Source of the DNA: Anaerolineae bacterium
GTDB taxonomy: Bacteria; Chloroflexota; Anaerolineae; SpSt-600
Assembly: GCA_025062375.1 (NCBI GenBank)
Contig: JANXAG010000004.1
Span: 10,542 to 74,541, forward strand
Reading direction: 5' to 3'
DNA: 64,000 nt
Shown: in pieces, positions 9,195-18,724 of the stretch
Numbering within the stretch: position 1 is the stretch's first letter
Layout of the letters: each line of letters opens with the position of its first letter
The notes under the pieces: model-generated
What the model saw: the letters and a program-made list of their open reading frames with translations, nothing else
What the model was told of the DNA's origin: nothing
Databases searched by the model: none
Translations under genes and position numbers: made by a program

Positions 9195-10493
9195 ATGGCT
9201 GCCCAGAAAGTTGTCAAAGTAAACACTTTCACAGGAGGCCTTATAGGCCCCAGTATCCCGATGTTGGGCCCTGTGGAAGATGGTGGGACTATAATAGCCG
9301 AAACTGCTCCTGGCTGCTGGGGCCCCATGATCACGCCCTCTTTCAAAGGCGGACATGAAGTTACCACGCCGGTGGCTGTGGAAGGGGCAGAGCCAGGAGA
9401 TGCTATCCTTATCCGCATCAAGAAAATAAAAATCACCTCTATGGCCACCTCCTCAGGGGTCATGAGCATAATGGAAGGACGATACAGAGGCGATCCCTTC
9501 GTTGCGAGGTATTGCCCCAACTGTGGCGCAGAGAACCCACCCACTCGCCTTGAGGGCATCGGGCAGGAAGCCGTGAGGTGTGCTAACTGCGGGGCTGAGG
9601 TGAGTCCCTTCAGGGTAGTTCACGGATATACCATGGTCCTGGACCAGGAGAAGGGCATAGCCCTCACAGTAAGCCCCGAGGTCGCGGAATCTCTAGCTAA
9701 GGATGCGGCTAAGATGATGGCTTTGCCCGAACATTCAGCCCAGCATCCGATTCTGGCTTTCTATCCTGCCCATATGCCGGGAGTTGCAACTCGAATCCGC
9801 CCCTTCATAGGCAACCTCGGCACCACTCCCAAAGTAGACATGCCCGACTCTCATAACGCTGGAGATTTCGGTCAATTTCTCGTGGGAGCTCCGCATCAGT
9901 ATAATCTTACCCGGGAACAACTGGAAGATGCTCGCACTGATGGGCACATGGACATAGACTCCGTTCGGGAGGGAGCCATCTTGATTTGCCCGGTTAAAGT
10001 TCCCGGGGGCGGGATCTACCTGGGCGATGTCCACGCCATGCAGGGGGATGGAGAACTGGCTGGGCATACTACTGACGTTTCCGCTGAAGTAACGCTGGAA
10101 GTAAAAGTGATAAAAGGGCTAGGCATTGAAGGGCCGATATTGCTTCCGCCTGTGGAGGACCTTCCACCTCTGGCTCGCCCTCTCACCAGAGCAGAAAAGG
10201 AGGCGGCGAAGGCACTGGCGGAGAAATTCGGCCAGAAAGAAATTGAAGAGGCCTGGCCCATCCAGATGGTGGGCTCTGGCCCTAACCTCAATGAAGCTAC
10301 CGAAAATGCTATAAACCGGCTGGCCAAGCTCTTTAACATGTCCAAAGAAGAAGTGATGAACCGTGTTACCATTTCCGGAGCCGTGGAGATAGGAAGGCTA
10401 CCGGGCGTGGTAACCGTAACGATGCTTGTCCCTGAAAGCAAGCTGGCCGCCGTCGGATTGGCTGATATTGTCAAAGAACATTATTCAACCTAA
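9195..10493 (+). CDS. acetamidase/formamidase (FmdA/AmdA) family protein with Cys4 zinc-ribbon insertion
   Basis: ATG at 9195 preceded by GGAAGGAGGG. N-terminal V.V.PGD.I.I motif (VAVEGAEPGDAILIRIKKIKI) and GDVHAMQGDGEL match the FmdA_AmdA signature GDGHA.QGDGE. Inserted CPNCG…(17 aa)…CANCG. Confidence 0.65.
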   Translation: MAAQKVVKVNTFTGGLIGPSIPMLGPVEDGGTIIAETAPGCWGPMITPSFKGGHEVTTPVAVEGAEPGDAILIRIKKIKITSMATSSGVMSIMEGRYRGDPFVARYCPNCGAENPPTRLEGIGQEAVRCANCGAEVSPFRVVHGYTMVLDQEKGIALTVSPEVAESLAKDAAKMMALPEHSAQHPILAFYPAHMPGVATRIRPFIGNLGTTPKVDMPDSHNAGDFGQFLVGAPHQYNLTREQLEDARTDGHMDIDSVREGAILICPVKVPGGGIYLGDVHAMQGDGELAGHTTDVSAEVTLEVKVIKGLGIEGPILLPPVEDLPPLARPLTRAEKEAAKALAEKFGQKEIEEAWPIQMVGSGPNLNEATENAINRLAKLFNMSKEEVMNRVTISGAVEIGRLPGVVTVTMLVPESKLAAVGLADIVKEHYST

Positions 10494-10502
10494 GGAGGGG
10501 TT

Positions 10503-11504
10503 TTGTCGGAAACAATTGTAGGCATCATCGCCAACCCGGCTTCAGGGAAAGACATAAGAAGGCTTGTAGCTTACGGTTCCGTTTTTGATAACCAGGAAAA
10601 AGTGAACATAGTCCGAAGGGTCCTTCTGGGCTTGGAAGCTGCTGGGGTGGAAAAAGTCCTCTACATGCCCGATTACTTTGGAATTGTGCCCAAAGCCCTC
10701 AATGCAGTAAAGCTTTCTATGGAAGTATGTCCCCTGGACATGCCAGTATACGCCGATCAAAGGGACTCCATCCTGGCAGCTTCCCTCATGGCTGAAGCCG
10801 GAGCAAAATGCATCGTAACCCTGGGAGGCGATGGCACCAACAGAGCTGTGGCCAAAACCTGCGGAGATGTTCCCATCGTCCCCATCTCCACTGGAACTAA
10901 CAATGTCTTTCCCTTTATGGTGGAAGGGACCATAGCGGGGCTGGCAGCGGGAGTTGTGGCTGTGGGCGCTGTGGAGCCCGAAAAAGTGGTCAGGCCCTCC
11001 AAGAGGCTGGAGATAGAGGGAGAAGACGGAAAGCTCGTGGACATAGCCCTTGTGGATGTCGTGGTTTACGATGATGTTTTCATTGCCTCCCGGGCCATCT
11101 GGGATATGTCCAAAGTGCGGGAGATAATCCTGGCCAGGGCCTCCCCGGGGAACATAGGCCTCTCTTCCGTAGGAGGCTGCCTTTACCCCAATGCTCTGGA
11201 CGAGGGGCATGGCGTGTATATAAAATTAGGGCCAGGGCGAAGGGTTCTCGCCCCTATTGCCCCGGGGTTGATAGAGGAAGTCCAGGTAGAAAGCTGCGCT
11301 CTCCTAAGCCTTGGGGAAGCTGTGGAAATCCGCTGGAAGCCTTCCATCCTGGCGCTGGATGGGGAAAGGGAAGTGGAGGTAGGACGCAATGCCAGCCTGT
11401 GGGTTCGTCTTACGGGTAACGGACCTAAGGTGGTGGATATACCACTGGCTCTGGAGGAAGCAGCCAGGAATGGCTTTTTCACTGGAGGAAAAGCATGGCC
11501 CTGA
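10503..11504 (+). CDS. AcoX-like ATP-NAD/diacylglycerol-kinase fold protein
   Basis: TTG start after AAGGAGGGG. GIIANPASGKD… and GGDGT motif (VTLGGDGTNRAV) of the NAD kinase/AcoX family, which sits in Bacillus aco operons. Confidence 0.65.
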   Translation: MSETIVGIIANPASGKDIRRLVAYGSVFDNQEKVNIVRRVLLGLEAAGVEKVLYMPDYFGIVPKALNAVKLSMEVCPLDMPVYADQRDSILAASLMAEAGAKCIVTLGGDGTNRAVAKTCGDVPIVPISTGTNNVFPFMVEGTIAGLAAGVVAVGAVEPEKVVRPSKRLEIEGEDGKLVDIALVDVVVYDDVFIASRAIWDMSKVREIILARASPGNIGLSSVGGCLYPNALDEGHGVYIKLGPGRRVLAPIAPGLIEEVQVESCALLSLGEAVEIRWKPSILALDGEREVEVGRNASLWVRLTGNGPKVVDIPLALEEAARNGFFTGGKAWP

Positions 11505-11860
11505 AAAAGTTCATTGTGGAAATAGGCCAGGGCATTGATCAGCACGGGCAGGACCCCACCAGGGCCGCCCGCAAAGCCGTGGTCGATGCCATATCCCGAA
11601 GTTGCCTGTGCGGCCTTGTAGAGATACTTGGCCTCAGGGATCTGAACCAGGTGGAAGTGGAAGTCCTTGTGGCCTGCCCTTACCCTGAGAAGGTCAGGGC
11701 TGAAGAAGTGTTGGAAGCAATCCCCTTTGGCCAGAAGAGGATTGAAGTCCGGGAAGGGGGGATGATTGCCAGAGGGATATACCAGCCAGAGCTTGGGGAC
11801 AAATCCGACGAAATCCTGGTGGCCAATGCGGCCGTGACTGTCTGGGTAAAGGAGGGATAG
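11495..11860 (+). CDS. small conserved protein, resembles Lin0512 family (function unknown)
   Basis: About 121 aa, N-terminal KKFIVEIGQGIDQHGQDPTRAARKAVVDAI pattern recalled for Lin0512-type proteins. 10-nt overlap with the upstream gene, E2 start 2 nt after its stop. Confidence 0.4.
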   Translation: MALKKFIVEIGQGIDQHGQDPTRAARKAVVDAISRSCLCGLVEILGLRDLNQVEVEVLVACPYPEKVRAEEVLEAIPFGQKRIEVREGGMIARGIYQPELGDKSDEILVANAAVTVWVKEG

Positions 11861-11861
11861 G

Positions 11862-12998
11862 ATGGCAGTAAAGGTTATCATGCCCAAACTCGGGATGGCC
11901 ATGACTGAAGGCACCGTAGTCAAATGGCTCAAGCCTGATGGGGCCAGGGTGGAAAAGGGAGAACGCATCGCTGTAGTGATGAGCAAAAAAATCACCTATG
12001 AAGTAGAAGCTCCCGCTTCGGGGATCCTGCGCCATGCCGCTGCAGAAAAAGAAGTGAAACCGGTCGGAGAGGTCATAGCTTACATAGCAGAACCTGGCGA
12101 GGTGATACCGGAGCTGGAGAAAGTCCCTGCAGCTCCTCCCGTGGCTGAAGCTCCCGCCCCGCCGCCGAAGGAAATCCTTGCCACTCCGGCAGCCAAGAGA
12201 CTGGCAAAAGAGCACGGCATTGATCTTGCCCAGGTCACTGGCACTGGACCTGGAGGTCGTATCACTGAAAAGGACGTTATGGCCTTCATAGAGGCCCGCA
12301 AGGCGCCGCCACCTCCCCCTCGTCCGCCTGCTAAAGTCATCCCCTTCATTGGGATGCGCCAGGCCATAGCCGAAAGGATGACCCAGAGCCTCCAGACCAT
12401 GGCCCAGGTCACCATAACAGCTGAAATTGATGCCACCGAACTGGTCCGGATGAGGGAGCAGCTAAAAGGCGAATTTGAACTCACATATACCGATATGGTG
12501 GTCAAAGCGGCAGCCATGGCCCTCAAGAAACATCCGCTTCTCAACTCTGCTTTGATAGGGGAAGAAATCCACCTGCTGGAGGAAATCCACATAGGGGTAG
12601 CTGTAGCCCTGGAAGGTGGGCTCATAGTTCCGGTGGTGAGGGATGCTGACAAAAAGTCCCTTAAAGAGATAGCTTCCGAAACCCGCAGGCTTGCTGAAGG
12701 GGCCAGGGCTGGCACCCTTACCGTTGATGAAGTCACCGGAAGCACCTTTACAGTGACAAACCTTGGAATGTATGGAGTGGACATCTTCACCCCCATCATC
12801 AACCCGCCTGAGGTGGCCATCCTTGGAGTGGGCAGGATTGTGGAGAAGCCTGCCTGCTATCAGGGGCAAATCGTCTCCAGGGCTATGATGCACCTGAGCT
12901 TAACTTTTGACCATCGCATTGTAGATGGTGCGCCCGCAGCCGAGTTCCTGCGCACAGTTAAAGAACTTCTGGAAAACCCTTACCGCCTTCTGCTTTAG
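11862..12998 (+). CDS. dihydrolipoamide acyltransferase (E2 component)
   Basis: Lipoyl domain (MPKLGMAMTEG, lipoyl-Lys), E3-binding domain (ATPAAKRLAKEHGIDLAQVTGTGPGGRITEKDV), catalytic domain with DHR..DG motif (LSLTFDHRIVDGAPAAEFL). Confidence 0.9.
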   Translation: MAVKVIMPKLGMAMTEGTVVKWLKPDGARVEKGERIAVVMSKKITYEVEAPASGILRHAAAEKEVKPVGEVIAYIAEPGEVIPELEKVPAAPPVAEAPAPPPKEILATPAAKRLAKEHGIDLAQVTGTGPGGRITEKDVMAFIEARKAPPPPPRPPAKVIPFIGMRQAIAERMTQSLQTMAQVTITAEIDATELVRMREQLKGEFELTYTDMVVKAAAMALKKHPLLNSALIGEEIHLLEEIHIGVAVALEGGLIVPVVRDADKKSLKEIASETRRLAEGARAGTLTVDEVTGSTFTVTNLGMYGVDIFTPIINPPEVAILGVGRIVEKPACYQGQIVSRAMMHLSLTFDHRIVDGAPAAEFLRTVKELLENPYRLLL

Positions 12999-13075
12999 CC
13001 AACGGTCCACCCAAACCGTGGCGAACCTCGCGGTAATGGGTATGGGGTTCAAGAATTTTTAAAGGAGGGGAAACG

Positions 13076-13741
13076 ATGGCAAGCTTTACCCAGGAACTCT
13101 GGGCAAGCATTGAACCTATTTACCAGGCCATTCTCTCCCATCCCTTCCTCAAAGGCCTGGCCGATGGTTCCCTTCCCGAAGAAAAATTCCGCTTCTACGT
13201 TATTCAGGATGCCCTTTACCTTAGAGATTTTGCGCGAGCTCTGGCGGCAGCTGCCTCCCGTTCTCCCAAGGATGAATGGACGGAGTTTCTCTCCCGCCAT
13301 GCCCGGGAAACCCTTGTAGCCGAGCGCGCCCTGCACGATAGTTTCTTCAAAGATTGGGGGCTCACCCCTGAACAGGTATACTCAACCCCTATAGCCCCTA
13401 CAAACCTCGCCTATACCTCTTACCTCCTCAGGGTAGCCTACCTGGGCTCCTTCGAAGAAGCTGTGGCTTCACTTCTGCCGTGCGATTGGATTTACCTTAT
13501 GGTAGGGAGGGAGCTGGAGAAAACTGGTTCTCCTCACCCCCTCTACAAGCGATGGATTGAGACCTATTCCTCCGAAGAATTCTCGGCCGTAGTGGAAGAG
13601 CTGCGGAAAATCGTGGAGACCGTTTCGGCGTGGGCAGGCCCTGAACTTCAGGGGATCATGAGGGCCCATTTCGTTACTACGAGCCGTTACGAATGGATGT
13701 TCTGGGATATGGCCTGGCGGATGGAAAGCTGGCCCATATAA
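13076..13741 (+). CDS. tenA: TenA/thiaminase-II family protein (aminopyrimidine aminohydrolase)
   Basis: TenA_C fold with catalytic Cys motif LLPCDWIY and YVIQDALYL region. RBS AAAGGAGGGG upstream. Confidence 0.75.
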   Translation: MASFTQELWASIEPIYQAILSHPFLKGLADGSLPEEKFRFYVIQDALYLRDFARALAAAASRSPKDEWTEFLSRHARETLVAERALHDSFFKDWGLTPEQVYSTPIAPTNLAYTSYLLRVAYLGSFEEAVASLLPCDWIYLMVGRELEKTGSPHPLYKRWIETYSSEEFSAVVEELRKIVETVSAWAGPELQGIMRAHFVTTSRYEWMFWDMAWRMESWPI

Positions 13742-13780
13742 CCATAGGCTAACCGAACCCGCCTTTCTAAGGAGGCCTCC

Positions 13781-14599
13781 ATGAAAGTCTATATCTCCTG
13801 CGACATGGAGGGTATTTCAGGAGTGGTAAACCCCGACCAGGTGGGGGAAAACAGGGAGGAATACAATCGTTTTCGCAAACTCATGACCCTTGAAGTCAAC
13901 GCTGCTGTGGAGGGAGCGCTGGAAGGAGGCGCTACTGAAATCCTCATCAACGACGCCCATGGTTCTATGGATAACCTTCTGGTGGAAGAAATCCACCCCA
14001 GAGCCTGGCTCGTCAGCGGCTCCCCTAAACCCCTGGAAATGATGGAAGGCATAGATGGGAGCTTTGATATGGTCTTCTTCATCGGCTATCACTCCATGGC
14101 CGGGACTCACGCGGGCGTTATGGACCACACCTATATGGGCAGGGTTGTCTACAACGTTTACCTCAACGGAAAACTTATGGGAGAACTGGGGCTGAATTCG
14201 GCACTGGCCGGAACCTTCGGTGTTCCTGTGGGCCTGGTGACCGGAGACGATAAAGTTGTGGAAGAAGCCCGCCGCCTCCTGGGTGAAATTCAGACGGTGG
14301 TAGTCAAAGAGGCGGTGGGACGATACTCAGCCCGCTGCCTTCCCCCTGCTGAAGCCCGGGAAAGAATTAAGAAGGCTGCTACCGCTGCCCTTAAGCAAGG
14401 GGGTAAACTCTTCCGGCCGGAAGGCCCCTTCACCATCCGGGTAGAATTCATAAACAGTGCTTATGCCGACCTTGCTGAACTCATCCCCGAAGCGAAAAGG
14501 ATAGATGCACGCACTCTGGAATTTACCCACCACGATTACCTAACCGTTTACAAAGCTTTCAGGGCCATGGTCGGGTTGGCGAGGATGGCGCTAAAATGA
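13781..14599 (+). CDS. M55 family D-aminopeptidase (DppA-like)
   Basis: N-terminal MKVYISCDMEGISGV and INDAHGSM motifs typical of peptidase M55. Confidence 0.75.
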   Translation: MKVYISCDMEGISGVVNPDQVGENREEYNRFRKLMTLEVNAAVEGALEGGATEILINDAHGSMDNLLVEEIHPRAWLVSGSPKPLEMMEGIDGSFDMVFFIGYHSMAGTHAGVMDHTYMGRVVYNVYLNGKLMGELGLNSALAGTFGVPVGLVTGDDKVVEEARRLLGEIQTVVVKEAVGRYSARCLPPAEARERIKKAATAALKQGGKLFRPEGPFTIRVEFINSAYADLAELIPEAKRIDARTLEFTHHDYLTVYKAFRAMVGLARMALK

Positions 14600-16867
14600 A
14601 ATAAGATGCCTGAGGATAATTATTGCTGCTTCCTTATCCAGAGGCTCATTGTTGTTCCCACACTTCGGGCTCTGAATACAGGAGGGGCAACCGCTTTCGC
14701 AGGGGCAGCTTGCTACAAGTTCCAGAGTAACTTCCAAGAGGCGAGGCAGGAGCTCAAAACCCTTCTCAGCTATTCCCACCCCTCCGGGGAAAGCATCATA
14801 TATGAAAATCTGAGCTTTACCGGTATCGGGGTGGCAGGGGGTTGAAAGCCCGCCTATATCCCACCGGTCGCACATGGCAAAGAGGGGGAGCATCCCTATA
14901 GAAGCGTGCTCTACAGCGTGAAGCCCCCCGTGCCAGTCCAGCCTTTTAGCTCTTACCTCCTCCAGCGCTCTGAAGGGAAGATCAAACCACAACCCTACTG
15001 TATCAAAGACTGAGGGTGGTAGGTCCAGAAATTCCACCCCGATAGTGGCTTCAGTATACTGGCGGATTTTCTTATAGGCGATGACCTGCTGGTAAACCCT
15101 CAGATGACCAAGGTAGGCCATCACTCCTTTTATTTCGCGATGTTTTACCGACTTTATTATGCTTACTTCATTTATCTCCCTAGGTTCGGTGTAATAATCC
15201 ACATCTACAGGTTTGAGCAAAGCTACCCCTTCCTCCAGGTCAAGTTCGGTCACCAGATAGGTTTCCCCCTGATGCAGGTAAATGGCTCCGGGATGAGCAC
15301 GATACGGCGCAGAGGAAGCTTCAATTTCCTCCAGAGTTATGCCCCGGCTTTCATCTATGAGGCGGACGCTTTTGCCTCCCACTGAGCGGAGGCTTACAAG
15401 TTCGGCTGGATAATTCCGGAGCACGTAGAAAAGGCGACCGTGGCGGTTTTGAAGGGCACCCTGTTTTTCCAGTTTATCCACTGCCTCACGATAGCCAGGC
15501 CCGAAGAGGCTTTCATCGGAGCTTTCCAGGGGACGTTCATAAGCCGCGCAGGCCAGGTGCTGTTCCAGGATATAAGGATTATCGGGGTCAATGAGAGCAT
15601 GCTCGTGGCTTCTCCCAAAGAACTCCCGGGGATTACGCATGAAAAACTGATCCAGAGGATTGTCAAGGCCAATGAGGATGGTGAGAGCTTGCTTGACCCC
15701 TCTTCCTGCCCTGCCTGCCTGCTGCCAGGTACTGGCAATGGTCCCGGGGTATCCCACCAAGACGGTAGCGTCCAGGGAGCCTACGTCAATGCCCAGCTCA
15801 AGAGCATTGGTAGCAGTAACCCCCAGGAGTTTCCCTCCGAAAAGCTCGCGCTCAATCTGACGCCGTTCTTCGGGTAAGTAACCGGCCCGATAGGCCTTTA
15901 TGAGAGGTATCAACTCAGGCGAATCGCGGGCAAGGATTTCCCGGGCATAGCGGAGTATAAGCTCGGCTACTTTGCGAGCCTTGGCAAACACTATGGTCCT
16001 TATGCCCTGCTTTACCATTTCCACAAAAAGGGCCGTAGCCTCAGAGTTAGGGCTGCGGCGGACGGTGCGAGCTATGTCAATGAATGGAGGGTTCCAGAAG
16101 ACGAAATCCCTCGCCCCTCGGGGAGCTCCATCGTCCTCTATAACCGTGACAGGAAGCCCTATAAGTTCCTGAGCATGCTCCTGGGGATTTGCAATGGTGG
16201 CGGAGCAGAGGATGAAGATGGGATTAGACCCATAGAACCGGCAAAGGCGCCTCAACCTCCTCAACACGCAAGCCACCTGGGACCCGAAAACTCCGCGGTA
16301 TACGTGGGCTTCGTCAATAACCACAAATTTAAGGTGAGTTAAAAATGAGCTCCAGAGATTGTGGTTTGGCAGGATTCCAACGTGAAGCATATCGGGGTTA
16401 GTAAGGATTATGGAAGCGGTTTTCCGCAGCCGGTTCCGGGCCGACTGAGGGGTATCTCCATCGTAGGTGCCAAAGGGTATTGGGCTGAAGCGAGTCAGTT
16501 CAACCAAGCTGCGGAGCTGGTCCTGAGCCAGGGCTTTGGTGGGAAAGAGGTAGAGGGCTCTGCTCCTACGGTCCTGAAGTATGGATTCCACAACCGGAAT
16601 GTTATAGATAAGGGTTTTGCCGCTGGCGGTTCCGGTGGAAACAATTACGTTTTCCCCCCGTCTTATGGCATTTATAGCCTGAGCTTGATGGGAATAAAGG
16701 GCCTTTATCCCAATTTCTTCCAGGGCTTTCTGGACCAGAGGATGCAGGGGCTTATCAAGTTCTCCATAGCGGGGTTTTCGCTCCGGAATGCGTTCAATAT
16801 GCACTATTTGCCCCCGGTAAAAGGGCGCTCTGGTTATCTGCTCCAGAAAAGAAGGCGAGTAAGGCAT
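14591..16867 (-). CDS. DEXH-box helicase with C-terminal DUF1998 zinc-finger domain (MrfA/YprA-like)
   Basis: Walker A (GTASGKT), DEAH (VVIDEAHVYRG), helicase C motifs (QQAGRAGR). C-terminal four-Cys cluster CPCESGCPSC…C typical of DUF1998. Confidence 0.8.
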   Translation of the reverse strand: MPYSPSFLEQITRAPFYRGQIVHIERIPERKPRYGELDKPLHPLVQKALEEIGIKALYSHQAQAINAIRRGENVIVSTGTASGKTLIYNIPVVESILQDRRSRALYLFPTKALAQDQLRSLVELTRFSPIPFGTYDGDTPQSARNRLRKTASIILTNPDMLHVGILPNHNLWSSFLTHLKFVVIDEAHVYRGVFGSQVACVLRRLRRLCRFYGSNPIFILCSATIANPQEHAQELIGLPVTVIEDDGAPRGARDFVFWNPPFIDIARTVRRSPNSEATALFVEMVKQGIRTIVFAKARKVAELILRYAREILARDSPELIPLIKAYRAGYLPEERRQIERELFGGKLLGVTATNALELGIDVGSLDATVLVGYPGTIASTWQQAGRAGRGVKQALTILIGLDNPLDQFFMRNPREFFGRSHEHALIDPDNPYILEQHLACAAYERPLESSDESLFGPGYREAVDKLEKQGALQNRHGRLFYVLRNYPAELVSLRSVGGKSVRLIDESRGITLEEIEASSAPYRAHPGAIYLHQGETYLVTELDLEEGVALLKPVDVDYYTEPREINEVSIIKSVKHREIKGVMAYLGHLRVYQQVIAYKKIRQYTEATIGVEFLDLPPSVFDTVGLWFDLPFRALEEVRAKRLDWHGGLHAVEHASIGMLPLFAMCDRWDIGGLSTPCHPDTGKAQIFIYDAFPGGVGIAEKGFELLPRLLEVTLELVASCPCESGCPSCIQSPKCGNNNEPLDKEAAIIILRHLISF

Positions 16868-17071
16868 AGACTTTCACCTGTTCTCCAGCCCTTAAAGCCC
16901 CATAGATTAAGATAACACAAACGCAGCTCCGGAGCAATTTCCCGCTGAAAACCGGCGGTATACCTCGAGCGAAGCCAGACTATCAGCAGTTTCAGAGCCT
17001 CCAGGTTCATCTGAGGGAGAACTTTCGTCGCCCCGGAATGTTTGAATCAGGCCGTTGAGTTCTATTCGCAG

Positions 17072-18724
17072 CTATTTAACAACCCTTCCCCCGCTTTTGA
17101 AAGCCATGAGGGCGATGCCTGTCAGCAAAGAGGCAAGGGAAAGAATTTGAGACCAGAACCGCAAAGGGGTATCCTCAAAACGGAGAAGAACCCTGTGCTG
17201 GCCGTCGGGAACTTCCAGGGCGATAAGGCCATATTTGCCTTCTGGGCGAATGGGAACAGGCTTGCCGTCCACGTAAGCTCGCCACCCAGGGTAATAGTAG
17301 GTGTAAAAAAGGAGGGTGACTTCTCCTTCCGCTGTTACTTCCACTTCCTCCGACCTGCCCCCGTGTCTGAGGGGGATAACAGAACCGCGGCCTCTTATAA
17401 TCTGAGCCTTGCGGAGGGTTTCACCTTTCAGGTACTGCTCTATGAGGGGCGATTCCTTCGGAAACTCCCGGGTCCAGGCTGTCATTCCGCGCATATCGGG
17501 GTAATCCAGCTCAAAGTCTATTACCGCCACCGGCTTTTCAGCCCTGGGGGAAAGCTCAGTATGCTGAGGGAGAGTGTACTCAAAAGAAGAAATTATCACC
17601 AGAAGGCTGAGCAAATGCTCCCTTTCCCCCAGCAACTCTCCCAGAAGCCCACCCACGAGGGAAAGGGATACCACCGCCAGGGCGAGAAATCGCCAGGGGA
17701 ATTGCACCAAAGGGAACAGGGGGACTTTCTCCCAGATAAACATGGAAGCTGGAAGGGTCAGGAAAAGGGAGATAAGAGACCAGAGGGCCCAGAAAGCCAA
17801 TCTTCCCCTGTTTTCCTTCAATCTCCACCCCAGCACCAGTGCCCCAACGCTGCTGCCCAGGAGCAAAATCCCAACCTGAAGGGGCATGCCATCTTCGGGG
17901 CCTGCCACAGCGTGGCCGTAACCCCACTCAGGGGCGAGGAGCTGAAAGAAGTAAACAAATTGCTCTCGGAAATTGTATTTGGCCATCATCCACTGCTCTT
18001 GAACGATGAACTTCCTTTCGGCCAGGGCTGGGATCCAGTAAGCTGCGCTAAACCCCAGGGAAAGAAGTCCCGCCAGGGAAGATGGGATAAAAGCCCGGAA
18101 ATTCCTGCTCCTCAGCCCTTCGTAGAGCACAAAGGTCACCAACATCGGAAGAAATATTAAGGCTGTGATCTGGTGGGCAAGGATTATAGCTCCCAGAGAA
18201 AAGCCTGCCATCGCTACAGCTTTCGGACGGGGGTTCTCCATAAGGTGCTGGAAAGCCAGCAAGCCCAGAGGCATGAGGGAGAAGGCGAGGAATTCCGCCA
18301 GAGCACAGCGGACGTAAATATCCACCAGGTGGTAAGGGGCATAAGTGAAAAGGAGGGAGGAAACCAAGCCACCCCTTTCGCCCCACAGTTTCCGTCCCAA
18401 AAGGTACATCCCAATTGCCCCAAGCCAGAAGCTCAGGAGAAAGGTCAGCTTGATAGACCAGGTTACGCTCAGGCCCGCAAGGTGAAAAACCTCGGCTATA
18501 AAATAAGCCAGGGGAGCATAGAAAATGAAGAGGGGATAACCATAGCCCACGGCCTGGTCCACAGCCCAGCGTGGATACCACGCTCCATCCTTTAAGGCCT
18601 GATCAAATTCCACCAAGAAGAAAAGGGTGTGGCGGGCATCGTGGGCCTTCAGAAAATAGCCGGGAGCCAGAAGAGGCCACCAGGCAAAGGACGTGAGAAG
18701 GAGAACTAAAGCGATCCTGCGCAT
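17072..18724 (-). CDS. polytopic membrane protein, GT-C-like / Chlor_Arch_YYY-like (paralog A)
   Basis: Start reassigned to MRRIAL… by alignment with paralog B. First-loop motif PGYFLKAHDARH, about 12 TM helices, C-terminal beta-rich domain with YTYYYPGW. Confidence 0.5.
   Translation of the reverse strand: MRRIALVLLLTSFAWWPLLAPGYFLKAHDARHTLFFLVEFDQALKDGAWYPRWAVDQAVGYGYPLFIFYAPLAYFIAEVFHLAGLSVTWSIKLTFLLSFWLGAIGMYLLGRKLWGERGGLVSSLLFTYAPYHLVDIYVRCALAEFLAFSLMPLGLLAFQHLMENPRPKAVAMAGFSLGAIILAHQITALIFLPMLVTFVLYEGLRSRNFRAFIPSSLAGLLSLGFSAAYWIPALAERKFIVQEQWMMAKYNFREQFVYFFQLLAPEWGYGHAVAGPEDGMPLQVGILLLGSSVGALVLGWRLKENRGRLAFWALWSLISLFLTLPASMFIWEKVPLFPLVQFPWRFLALAVVSLSLVGGLLGELLGEREHLLSLLVIISSFEYTLPQHTELSPRAEKPVAVIDFELDYPDMRGMTAWTREFPKESPLIEQYLKGETLRKAQIIRGRGSVIPLRHGGRSEEVEVTAEGEVTLLFYTYYYPGWRAYVDGKPVPIRPEGKYGLIALEVPDGQHRVLLRFEDTPLRFWSQILSLASLLTGIALMAFKSGGRVVK

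Noticed and set aside
10542-12820. Minus-strand ORFs (222, 270, 173, 246 aa) antisense to acoX-like, Lin0512-like and E2 genes
   Set aside because: Shadow ORFs. The plus-strand products carry lipoyl/E2 and NAD-kinase motifs.
17042-18160. 372-aa plus-strand ORF opposite the GT-C-like membrane gene
   Set aside because: The minus-strand product has coherent TM topology and a paralog next door. The plus-strand translation is Gly/Pro/Gln-rich junk.
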